A stretch of DNA of 25,303 nucleotides from an uncultured Gammaproteobacteria bacterium (GCA_964507075.1 CAZDOL010000004.1:13730-39032), one strand, 5' to 3'; shown: positions 7,324-15,170, counted from the stretch's first letter. Made by a program: numbers and translations. The notes: generated by a model not told the origin, from the letters alone.

Positions 7324-9075
7324 CTATTCCCGAGAAACCCGTAAAACTTCTTCCATTGTTGTTTCTCCTTTGAGGGCCTTAACAAAACCATCTCTTACAA
7401 TTTTAACCATTTGTTGGCGCTCAAGCTCTTTTTCCGCTTCTGCTTCTTGACAACCACTTGTAATAATATCTTTCATTTCATCTGTCATAGATAATGCCTC
7501 AAATATTGCCAGTCGTCCTTTGTATCCCTCTTGATTACAGCGAGAACAACCTTTGCCTCTGTAAAATTTTAAATGACCAGTTTGAGAATCACGATATTTT
7601 TCCAAGCTAAAACCCTCTATTTTATCATCTTTGAAGGCCTTTTCTACATCTCTCTCTATGTTTTCAGATAAAATTATTTGCTCGCGACAATGAAGACAAA
7701 TCTTGCGAACCAATCTTTGGGCAACAACCACATTAATAGAAGAAACAATCAAAAAAGGAGCCACTTTCATGTCTATCAATCTAGGAATAGCCCCAAAAGC
7801 ATCGTTGGCATGAAGCGTAGAAAGTACTATATGACCAGTTAAGGCGGCATGAACAGATAACTCCGCTGTTTCATTATCGCGAATCTCTCCAACCATAATT
7901 ACATCTGGATCTTGACGAACAATAGAACGCAAACCAGAAGCAAAAGAATATCCAATATCCGACTTAACCTGCGATTGATTTACTCCTTGCAAAACATATT
8001 CAATTGGGTCTTCCAAGGAAACAATATTAACTGTAGTTTTGTTCAATATCTTTAACAAAGCATATAGAGTAGTTGTCTTTCCTGATCCAGTTGGGCCTGT
8101 GACTAAAACCATACCGTGAGGCTTAGATAAATTATCTTGAATAACCTTTAAGCCCGAACCCCAAAAACCCAAATCATCTAAGGTAAAAATTCTACGTGTA
8201 GGATCCAAAATTCTCATTACCGCTTTTTCACTATCAAGTAAAGGCATGACTGAAACTCTTAAATCTATTTTCCTTTTAGAAATCATTACCCTAATTCTTC
8301 CTCCTTGTGGAACGCGAGTTTCGTCTAATTTTAAATTGGACATTACCTTAATGCGAGAAATAATTGCCGAATGCAAATATCCGGGCAACATGGCTGTTTC
8401 TCTTAAAACACCATCAATACGATAACGGACCCGACTTTTGTCGGCAAATGGTTCAATATGAACATCAGAAACCTGATTATCTACCGCATACCTAAGAATA
8501 GAAGCTACTAATTTTGATATAGGAGCCGATTTACTCATTCCCTCTGTACTTAATTCTGGTATACCTATACGTCCTTTCGTAACCGGCGCAAATCTTGATT
8601 CTGCAGAATCAACAGCAGCTTCCACTTCAACATCTAAACTGCTGTATTGCGCTAAAGCCTTAATAAAAGCTAACTTAGGAGCCGCAAAATATTCTGCTTC
8701 CAGGCCCTTTTGCCGAGCTACAAAATTTACTGCTTCCCGAGCGCGAAAATCGCCAGGGTTTAATATGGCGACTTTCAAAATATTTTTATCTTTAGCGAAA
8801 GCTAATACAAAATAATTTTCGGCTACATCTTTGGGAATAATATTCAAAATCTTCCTGTCAATCGTCAAACCATAAATATCGGCAACCGACAAAGAATATA
8901 ACTCTCCCTTAACAAGGGCTATGTCGTCTTCAGAAACAATTTTTTTACTTTCCAAAAATTCATCTGGAGATAAATTTGCTTCCTTGCTCTCTACTAAAAT
9001 CTTCTTGCTTTGAGCTTCTGAAATCTTCCCCTTCTCCAACAGAGAATGAATAATTTTATCCTTATCTTGAGGCAT
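7324..9075 (-). CDS. pilB: Type IV pilus assembly ATPase PilB (GspE family).
   Basis: The ORF is 583 aa with an N-terminal T2SSE_N-like domain. Walker A 'GPTGSGKTTT', Asp box 'EDPIEY', Walker B 'DPDVIMVGEIRD' and His box 'TGHIVLSTLHAND' are all intact. The tetracysteine motif 'CLHC...CSRC' is present. Confidence 0.95.
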   Translation of the reverse strand: MPQDKDKIIHSLLEKGKISEAQSKKILVESKEANLSPDEFLESKKIVSEDDIALVKGELYSLSVADIYGLTIDRKILNIIPKDVAENYFVLAFAKDKNILKVAILNPGDFRAREAVNFVARQKGLEAEYFAAPKLAFIKALAQYSSLDVEVEAAVDSAESRFAPVTKGRIGIPELSTEGMSKSAPISKLVASILRYAVDNQVSDVHIEPFADKSRVRYRIDGVLRETAMLPGYLHSAIISRIKVMSNLKLDETRVPQGGRIRVMISKRKIDLRVSVMPLLDSEKAVMRILDPTRRIFTLDDLGFWGSGLKVIQDNLSKPHGMVLVTGPTGSGKTTTLYALLKILNKTTVNIVSLEDPIEYVLQGVNQSQVKSDIGYSFASGLRSIVRQDPDVIMVGEIRDNETAELSVHAALTGHIVLSTLHANDAFGAIPRLIDMKVAPFLIVSSINVVVAQRLVRKICLHCREQIILSENIERDVEKAFKDDKIEGFSLEKYRDSQTGHLKFYRGKGCSRCNQEGYKGRLAIFEALSMTDEMKDIITSGCQEAEAEKELERQQMVKIVRDGFVKALKGETTMEEVLRVSRE

Positions 9076-9094
9076 AATTATTTTCTAAAATTAA

Positions 9095-9200
9095 CCTGCC
9101 CGCCAATCGCCTAACGGCTCAAGGCATCTGACAGGCGGGCCCGCTCTACATCACCACGCTAAGCGGGGCTTCACCTTTGATTCGGATGAAAGCGAGCCAG
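9095..9200 (-). ncRNA. GC-rich structured element of unknown class, either a cis-regulatory leader of pilB or a small RNA.
   Basis: About 105 nt are far more G+C-rich than the surroundings and fold into three consecutive stem-loops. These are gcccgcc(9098-9104)/ggcgggc(9134-9140) with an inner atgcct/aggc(g)at stem, cccgc/gcggg (9140-9167), and ggct..ttcatc/ggtgaa..gcc (9167-9198). No ORF is present. The strand is assumed from context. Confidence 0.4.
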
Positions 9201-9208
9201 AAAAAATT

Positions 9209-9496
9209 TCATTCTTTCTTTTCTAAGACAAAGGGCATAAAAGGATTTACTCGGCCCTTTTTCTCGACTAATACTGGGTCAAAAAAAGATTGGATATATT
9301 TCATTTCTTGAAATTTCGGATTATTTATAATAACTTCCAACTCTTCCAAATGAGGAATTGGCTCCAAAAGATAAGCTGGTCTGGCGTCAACAACTGTAGG
9401 CGCTGATCTCTGACCACTGTTTGTCAAAATATAAGCAGTAAAAACTATAATCACCAATAAAAATAAAAATAAAATATAATCTTTTCTAATTTTCAT
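9209..9496 (-). CDS. Small membrane-anchored pilus-operon protein, possibly a PilP-like accessory component.
   Basis: The ORF is 95 aa with an N-terminal TM helix (ILFLFLLVIIVFTAYIL). It has a C-terminal 'GRVNPFMPF' motif of the R-x-PF type seen in pilus alignment-complex accessory proteins. It overlaps the end of pilO by 11 nt. Confidence 0.45.
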   Translation of the reverse strand: MKIRKDYILFLFLLVIIVFTAYILTNSGQRSAPTVVDARPAYLLEPIPHLEELEVIINNPKFQEMKYIQSFFDPVLVEKKGRVNPFMPFVLEKKE

Positions 9497-10052
9497 GATT
9501 GTTCAAATAATAAGTTTTAATCTTTAAGTTAAGAACATTGCCAACATCCTGAAAGCTTAATTCATGGATATCCATCACCCTAATATTCGTTTCTATCTGC
9601 TTAATAAACTTTTTCATTTTTTGATATGTTCCGTCCATAAAACTGAGAGATAAATTTATAATCCCATCACTAAAATCTATATTCAATCCCGTTAGCTCTA
9701 AACCTGACTGTTCAGCTAAAGCATTAATATGATTTAGAATTGAGGGAAGATAAGCCTCTTGAGCTAAAACATAATCTAATTTATTCATTTCTGTCTGATC
9801 TATTTTATCAGCTTTGCTTTTAAAATTTTTTAATTTTTCCAAATATATTACCTGCTCATCTAAAATATTTTGGTAATAATCAACGTCCATGGGTCCATTA
9901 TTGTGAGTTTCTGCTAATTTGGGCTTAAAAAATAAAAAATAATTAATAGAAAAAAGTATGATTATAAAAACAAAAATTATCAACCCCGAAAACTTAACCA
10001 AAACTAAATGATACCATTTGGTTCTTGATTTTTCTTGTTTTATTTTTGCCAT
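9486..10052 (-). CDS. pilO: PilO-like pilus alignment protein.
   Basis: The ORF is 188 aa with an N-terminal TM helix, a coiled-coil segment, and then 'LPSILNHINALAEQSGLELTGLNI', which is typical of the PilO core. It is translationally coupled to pilN by a 13-nt overlap. Confidence 0.65.
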   Translation of the reverse strand: MAKIKQEKSRTKWYHLVLVKFSGLIIFVFIIILFSINYFLFFKPKLAETHNNGPMDVDYYQNILDEQVIYLEKLKNFKSKADKIDQTEMNKLDYVLAQEAYLPSILNHINALAEQSGLELTGLNIDFSDGIINLSLSFMDGTYQKMKKFIKQIETNIRVMDIHELSFQDVGNVLNLKIKTYYLNNHEN

Positions 10053-10930
10053 ATACCCTCAATTAAAACTAAATCAAAAAAAGCGCTCACTCTTTCTTCA
10101 AGTTTCTGAATATTAGAAACATTGACCTCTTTAATAAAATCAGGAGCATTATTGAAAACTACAATCTGCTGAGCTAAAGACATTAAATTACGACTAGTAG
10201 CCATAAGTTTAATGCTTCCTTCTGCCTGAGCACTAAAATCACCAAAGTAAACATCTGGAACTGTATAAACCTCTAAAAAATTAAAAAAATTAGTCCAATA
10301 AATATGATTGTTTAGAACTTTCTGTACTTTAGCCGCCTTATTAGTAAGTGCTGCTATATTATCTCTATCCTCTAAAAAAGGAGCACTTTGAGCTTCTAAT
10401 AGCACTATTTCTCTTTTCAGATACTCAACCTGAGACTCTAATTTATTAAAATGCCAATTGCCATACAAACGAGAAATAAAAAAGAGACCCGAAACAATAA
10501 TAATAGCTACTATCAAAAATAATAAACGAGAACGAACAACCCGAGAAATTACCATTGTATGCCGAGGCATTAAACTAATGCCAAAACCTGGTGAAACCCC
10601 TTCTTCTCTTCTTTTGGTTGTTTTTTCAACCTTCACTTCCTCTTTTTCCCCCTGATCTTTGGGTGTGAATGGGGCATCTTTGGGTAGAGTATCTTTTGGC
10701 GGGGTATCTTTTAATAATTTATTTTTTTCCTTTTTTTTCCTTTTTTTAAAAATAAAACCCCAGGGCTTTGAGGAAGAAACCCGGGTTTTCTTTTGTTTTT
10801 GGGGAGATTCATCTTTAATGGGAGTGGTCATTGCTATATTTTCTGCCTTTCCTTTTTCTTCTTTTGGAACCTCAAAGCCTTTATCCTCTTTCTCCCCCTT
10901 TTTCATTTCTTCTGGCAACAGATTAACCAT
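10040..10930 (-). CDS. pilN: PilN-like protein with a long K/E/P-rich insertion between the PilM-binding N-terminus and the TM helix.
   Basis: The ORF is 296 aa and starts 'MVNLLPEE', matching the conserved PilN 'NLLP' motif. About 125 aa of low-complexity sequence follow ('KDTPPKDTLPKDAPFTPKD'). Then come the TM helix 'LLFLIVAIIIVSGLFFI', a coiled coil and a C-terminal domain. Confidence 0.7.
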   Translation of the reverse strand: MVNLLPEEMKKGEKEDKGFEVPKEEKGKAENIAMTTPIKDESPQKQKKTRVSSSKPWGFIFKKRKKKEKNKLLKDTPPKDTLPKDAPFTPKDQGEKEEVKVEKTTKRREEGVSPGFGISLMPRHTMVISRVVRSRLLFLIVAIIIVSGLFFISRLYGNWHFNKLESQVEYLKREIVLLEAQSAPFLEDRDNIAALTNKAAKVQKVLNNHIYWTNFFNFLEVYTVPDVYFGDFSAQAEGSIKLMATSRNLMSLAQQIVVFNNAPDFIKEVNVSNIQKLEERVSAFFDLVLIEGIWQK

Positions 10931-10951
10931 AAATAATTATTTAAATATATT

Positions 10952-11995
10952 TTACCTCAGACCTCTTAGCCCGAGACCGATCGCTACAGCAAAGCGTGGC
11001 GCGACTTCATATAAAGCTGGTTTTAATTCTTCAGGATAAGAAATTCTGGCCCAAGGGTCGCCAATTAAGACTTTAATGTCTACGGCTTTAGAAAAATGAT
11101 CAGTCAAGTTTGGCAGATAAGCCGATCCGCCAGAAAGAATAATCTGTTCTATGATTTTGCCCGATTGGTCTTGGTATAATTTTTTAGAATAATTCATTTC
11201 ATCAATCACTGGTTTTAATATCCCGCTAATAACCTCTGGAATTTTGGAAGAACCAGACATGCCAATATCCCTTTTAAACTGTTCTGCTCTGTCAAAACTA
11301 ATTTTGAGACTATTAGCAATAGCTCGAGTAATCGTAATTCCGCCAACATCAATACTTCGATTCAATGCTGGTACCCCTTTGTCAGTAATAATAATATCAG
11401 TTGTAACGGCGCTAATGTCAATAATCATGGTTGTGGCCTGACTTTTCCCTAACAGAGATCTGGTTAATGCAAAGGCCTCTGTTTCTAAAGACAAAAGCTG
11501 AAGATCTGCTTTTTTAAAAATTTCTACATATCTTTGTACTAAACTTTTTGCAGCTGCTGTTAGAAGAATGCGATAATGTTTCTTTTTTTTACTAATTTCT
11601 ATTTGGTCTATAATTCTCCAGTCAAGAATAACATCCTTCATTGGCAAAGGAACAAATTTTTTAGCCTCCCAACGTACCGCAGAATCTAACTCTTTTTTCT
11701 TCATCATTGGCAGAGTAATCACTGAATTAAAAACAGAAAAATTGGGTAAAGCAGTTACTGCTTTGTAAGAATGAATACCACACTGATTATATAATCTTTT
11801 CAAAAGAGCTGCCACTTTATCTAAAATAGCCTTGGAATCGTCTTTGGCAATATCGGCTACCGCTCGTTCGGCATAACCATAAGTAACAAGTTTGGGCACC
11901 CCTCTCTCAGTAGTAAATTCTACCAACTTAAGGCTAGTTGTGCCCAAATCAACGCCTAAAAAATTATTTTTCTTTCCTAATCCGAGAATTGCCAT
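10952..11995 (-). CDS. pilM: Type IV pilus assembly protein PilM (actin-like ATPase fold).
   Basis: The ORF is 347 aa. 'LGVDLGTTSLKLVE' is the phosphate-1 motif and 'IDISAVTTDIII' and 'ILSGGSAYLPNL' are actin/FtsA-like motifs. It is the first gene of the pilMNO order. Confidence 0.9.
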   Translation of the reverse strand: MAILGLGKKNNFLGVDLGTTSLKLVEFTTERGVPKLVTYGYAERAVADIAKDDSKAILDKVAALLKRLYNQCGIHSYKAVTALPNFSVFNSVITLPMMKKKELDSAVRWEAKKFVPLPMKDVILDWRIIDQIEISKKKKHYRILLTAAAKSLVQRYVEIFKKADLQLLSLETEAFALTRSLLGKSQATTMIIDISAVTTDIIITDKGVPALNRSIDVGGITITRAIANSLKISFDRAEQFKRDIGMSGSSKIPEVISGILKPVIDEMNYSKKLYQDQSGKIIEQIILSGGSAYLPNLTDHFSKAVDIKVLIGDPWARISYPEELKPALYEVAPRFAVAIGLGLRGLR

Positions 11996-12251
11996 ATTAT
12001 CTTATTATATCTTTATGTTATAATAACTGGTGTCAAGAACATAACGCAATGGTTATGTCAAGTAATGTCTTGTCTGAGTAATTTGGCATTTAGTCATTTG
12101 ACATTCATTTGTTATTTGGAATTTGTCATTTGTTATTTTTCTATTCCTTGTTTCTTGTCCTAAACTCAACAATCAATAATCATCTGTTGGTATAGCAATT
12201 TGAACCTACCATGTATATTATACAACAAAAGAGCATTTTCAACAACAATCA

Positions 12252-12917
12252 ATGTGGATAAATAAACTAAAATCTTTTTTATTAAATACCATATATCCTT
12301 TAAAGTGTTTGGGCTGTGAAAAACCAGGAATTTTAATATGTTCTCAATGCTCTCAAAAATTAATATCTCTGTCCAATGGGCCTATTTATCAACAGACACC
12401 TTACTTTAAAAAAATAATCATTGCACTTGATTATAAAAACCATCTAGTTAAGAAAATAATTAAAACTTTTAAATACCCGCCTTATATTAAATCTCTGAAA
12501 AAAAATTTGAGTTTTGCGCTAATAACAGCCATTAAAAAATTCCCAAATGATATTTCTTATTTAAAAAAAAATAATTTTGTCTTAATTCCAATTCCCCTCT
12601 CTAAATTAAAATTAGCTCAACGGGGATTTAATCAATCTGAACTAATCTCTACTGAATTATCTCAAAAATTATCATTAAAACATCGGCCTCAACTTCTTAA
12701 AAAAATTAAAAATACCAAATCACAAACAAATTTGAGCACTGAACAAAGAAAAAAAAACATTCATGGCGTTTTTAGTGTTAAAAATAATAATTGCCCACTT
12801 AATATTATTTTGGTTGACGATATTTATACTACCGGAGCAACTTTGCAAGAATCAACTAGAATTTTACGCCAAGCAGGAGCTAAAGAAATTTGGGCATTTG
12901 TGTTAGCAAAAGGATAA
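12252..12917 (+). CDS. comF: ComF-family protein (ComFC-like phosphoribosyltransferase-fold competence protein).
   Basis: The ORF is 221 aa with an N-terminal 4-Cys motif 'CLGCEKPGILICSQC' and a C-terminal PRT motif 'ILVDDIYTTGATLQE'. It is the only + strand gene and is divergent from pilM. Confidence 0.85.
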   Translation: MWINKLKSFLLNTIYPLKCLGCEKPGILICSQCSQKLISLSNGPIYQQTPYFKKIIIALDYKNHLVKKIIKTFKYPPYIKSLKKNLSFALITAIKKFPNDISYLKKNNFVLIPIPLSKLKLAQRGFNQSELISTELSQKLSLKHRPQLLKKIKNTKSQTNLSTEQRKKNIHGVFSVKNNNCPLNIILVDDIYTTGATLQESTRILRQAGAKEIWAFVLAKG

Positions 12918-12940
12918 TTGGGTACTTAGGTAATTAGGTA

Positions 12941-13741
12941 TTATTTACATTTCTTTTTTATTTTACGCAACATACTAATTCCAAATATAATAGCCAACAC
13001 AGCAAATATTTGTCCAAACCTCAGCCCCAACAATACTGGCTCATGGTCAGTTCTTAAAAATTCCAAAGAAAATCTCACTAAAGCGTATAAAATAAGATAC
13101 CAAGAGAAAACCATTCCTGAGAAAGGAATAGTTTTTTTAATTTGTGACTTTAATAATAGAAACAAAAAGATAAAGATAAAAATACTCAAAATAGATTCAT
13201 AAAGAAAACAGGGATGGAAATATTGAAAATTTAAAAATTCCAAAGGTCTATTGGCTATATCAATGGGAATGCCCCAGGGTAAATTAGTGGGTTTGCCAAA
13301 AATCTCTTGATTGAAATAATTCCCCCACCTACCCAAAGCCTGTCCCAAAATCAAAACTGGGGCAATTAAATCAGTTAAAGATAGAAAAGAAAGTTTATGT
13401 TTACGAGCATACAAAAATAAAGCTAAACCTCCACCGATTACTGCTCCATAAATCCCCAATCCGCCTTCCCATATCTTGAAAATCTCTAAAGGATGAGCCA
13501 AATAATGTGGGAGTTCATTGAAAATATAATAAATTCTAGCTCCAATAAAACCAAAAACAATAATATTGAAAATAATATTTTGAAAATGTGGTTTATATTT
13601 GGGGGCTATTTTTATAATCAAAAATAATCCTAAAAAAATAGCCAATGCTATTAAAAGTCCATACCAATGGATATTCCAAAACCCCAACCTAAGAAGAACA
13701 GGCTGGGGTCTATAATTATGTAAAAAATCAATTAAAAACAT
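12941..13741 (-). CDS. lgt: Prolipoprotein diacylglyceryl transferase.
   Basis: The ORF is 266 aa and polytopic. It has 'HWYGLLIALAI', 'GGLGIYGAVIGG' and the 'GRWGNYFNQEIFGKPT' Lgt signature. Confidence 0.9.
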   Translation of the reverse strand: MFLIDFLHNYRPQPVLLRLGFWNIHWYGLLIALAIFLGLFLIIKIAPKYKPHFQNIIFNIIVFGFIGARIYYIFNELPHYLAHPLEIFKIWEGGLGIYGAVIGGGLALFLYARKHKLSFLSLTDLIAPVLILGQALGRWGNYFNQEIFGKPTNLPWGIPIDIANRPLEFLNFQYFHPCFLYESILSIFIFIFLFLLLKSQIKKTIPFSGMVFSWYLILYALVRFSLEFLRTDHEPVLLGLRFGQIFAVLAIIFGISMLRKIKKKCK

Positions 13742-13765
13742 TAATTTTTATAATTCGTTTATTTT

Positions 13766-14794
13766 TTAATCGCAAGAACCTTCACTGCCAACAGCTGTGC
13801 CGGCACCAAAACTGGGTACAGGAGTTTCAGTAGAAAGAGTTTCTAAACATTCTTCGGGCTGAACATTAAATGCTTGACAAACGAAAGCTTTATAATTTTC
13901 GGGAGTACGAGGACTAATATTAACGGTTTGACCATTAATAACTATAGTTGGTGATCCTCCAACATTATATAATTCATTAAGATCATTTTCTATATTAAAT
14001 TTAGGATATAGTCCTTGTAACCAAGTGCTCTTATCTTCATAGTCAGCAGTTATATTATATTCGTTATCTAATTCTGAAATACAAGAGTCTAACGCGCCTT
14101 GGTCAACATTTGCGTTCAATAAACATTTATCTGAATCACCATCATTAACAAAACAAGATAAATAATTTCTATATTTTTCTGAAGACTCAGATTGAATACA
14201 ATATTGTATCAAGTTCTCATCAATCTCTGGTTTGTCGTGCATAATATAATTAACAAAACGTACATTAATATTTGCTTTGTCTTTTAATAAATCATAAACT
14301 GGCAACATAGTTTTCTGCGCTTGAAGTCCAAATGGGCAATATGTCATTACAAACAAATCAACGTCTGGCTTGTCTGTTTTGACCATTTCTGTGGTTTGTG
14401 GTGGCATGTTACTTTGTGCTTCTGCAGCTTCCAGTGCCTCAGCCATTTTAATGACATCTGGAAATAAATATTTTCCATCTTTAGAAACAAAAGAATCATA
14501 AGCTTTGTCTGCAATCTTTATCTGAAATTTAGTAACCTCAATATTTTCTTTAAAATCTACGCCCTCTAATGTTGCAGCAGAACCTGGAGGTAATAATTCG
14601 TCATTAATAAAGGTCATAGCATTGTCAATAATTTCTTGGCTAGCCCCCTCTTTTACTAATAATCCTTTAATTCCAAATCCATTGGTAAAAATTGAAACAA
14701 CTAATAAAGCGAGTAATACAATCCAACCAATTTTAGAACAACTTGGACATGTACATTTTTTTACTTTTTTAACTTTATTCAATGTGTCTTCCAT
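13766..14794 (-). CDS. Membrane-anchored DsbA/BdbD-like thioredoxin-fold protein with a single-Cys CPFG site.
   Basis: The ORF is 342 aa with an N-terminal 'CTCPSC' and then a TM helix. The thioredoxin-fold region has 'VMTYCPFGLQ' in place of CPxC, and a cis-Pro motif 'VGGSPTIVINGQ'. Confidence 0.6.
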   Translation of the reverse strand: MEDTLNKVKKVKKCTCPSCSKIGWIVLLALLVVSIFTNGFGIKGLLVKEGASQEIIDNAMTFINDELLPPGSAATLEGVDFKENIEVTKFQIKIADKAYDSFVSKDGKYLFPDVIKMAEALEAAEAQSNMPPQTTEMVKTDKPDVDLFVMTYCPFGLQAQKTMLPVYDLLKDKANINVRFVNYIMHDKPEIDENLIQYCIQSESSEKYRNYLSCFVNDGDSDKCLLNANVDQGALDSCISELDNEYNITADYEDKSTWLQGLYPKFNIENDLNELYNVGGSPTIVINGQTVNISPRTPENYKAFVCQAFNVQPEECLETLSTETPVPSFGAGTAVGSEGSCD

Positions 14795-14829
14795 AAAAAT
14801 AATAAATTAATTAATTAAAATTTAAAATT

Positions 14830-15092
14830 AAAATACCTTAATCTTTGTACAATAATATTTAATTTCAAGGTTCTGCGAACTGCGAACGCAGTGAGCAGGT
14901 TCTTATAATTAAAACACCTTAACTTTTGTACAATAATATTTAATTTCAAGGTTCTGCGAACTGCGAACGCAGTGAACAGGTTCTTATTATGAGCAAAGCG
15001 AATAACAAGGTTCTGTGAACAGAGTGAACAGGTTCTTATTATGAGCAAAGCGAATAACAAGGTTCTGTGAACAGAGTGAACAGGTTCTTATA
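14830..15092 (+). repeat. Tandem array of the intergenic repeat family, with two A units (14830-14910, 14911-14988) and two B units (14989-15040, 15041-15092).
   Basis: All four units end in 'CAAGGTTCT-[core]-AGGTTCTTAT'. The cores are 'gcgaactgcgaacgcagtga(g/a)c' in the A units and 'gtgaacagagtgaac' in the B units. The B-unit leader 'atgagcaaagcgaataa' matches the reverse complement of the repeats at 1-112. Confidence 0.9.
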
Positions 15093-15145
15093 TAAAAAAA
15101 TATAATAGAAAAATTATAACATAAATATAAAATAACCGTCAACCA

Positions 15146-15170
15146 TAAAAAACCAACCCGACTGGTTGAT
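15146..15170 (-). terminator. Rho-independent terminator after gatA.
   Basis: On the minus strand, right after the stop, 'ATCAACC agtcg GGTTGGT' forms a 7-bp stem with one G-T pair. The run 'TTTTTAT' follows. Confidence 0.6.

Noticed and set aside
9095-9200. Identity as SRP (4.5S) RNA or as a known riboswitch (c-di-GMP-I/II, fluoride, ZTP, guanidine).
   Set aside because: A short 'CAAGGCA..TGAC' resemblance to the SRP 3' strand exists. However, the GGAA tetraloop and GGAAGCAGC core are absent, and the 5' and 3' ends do not pair into a single long hairpin. None of the riboswitch consensus cores I can recall is present. The class is left unassigned.
10458-11039. Two + strand ORFs (65 and 126 aa) antisense to pilN and the end of pilM.
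   Set aside because: They are the antisense reading of the K/E/P-rich low-complexity part of pilN, which gives F/S/L-rich nonsense peptides. The other short antisense ORFs inside long genes are rejected for the same reason: 1274-1495, 1739-1966, 2295-2498, 3312-3527, 4106-4318, 11244-11441, 14622-14810, 15219-15461, 16335-16733, 17363-17569, 17672-17902, 19341-19604, 19662-19895, 20948-21148 and 24706-24918.
14815-15060. An 81-aa minus-strand ORF, and the similar 86-aa ORF at 76..336 on the + strand.
   Set aside because: Both are read straight through the tandem intergenic repeats, so their internal peptide repeats merely mirror the DNA units. They have no start context, and 76..336 also crosses three hairpins and a terminator. 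I treat them as repeat artefacts.
14830-15092. Whether the repeat arrays (here and at 1-145) are CRISPR arrays.
   Set aside because: The period is only 52-81 nt. The 'spacer' cores are 15-22 nt and identical between adjacent units. The cores are themselves internal direct repeats. No cas genes are nearby.
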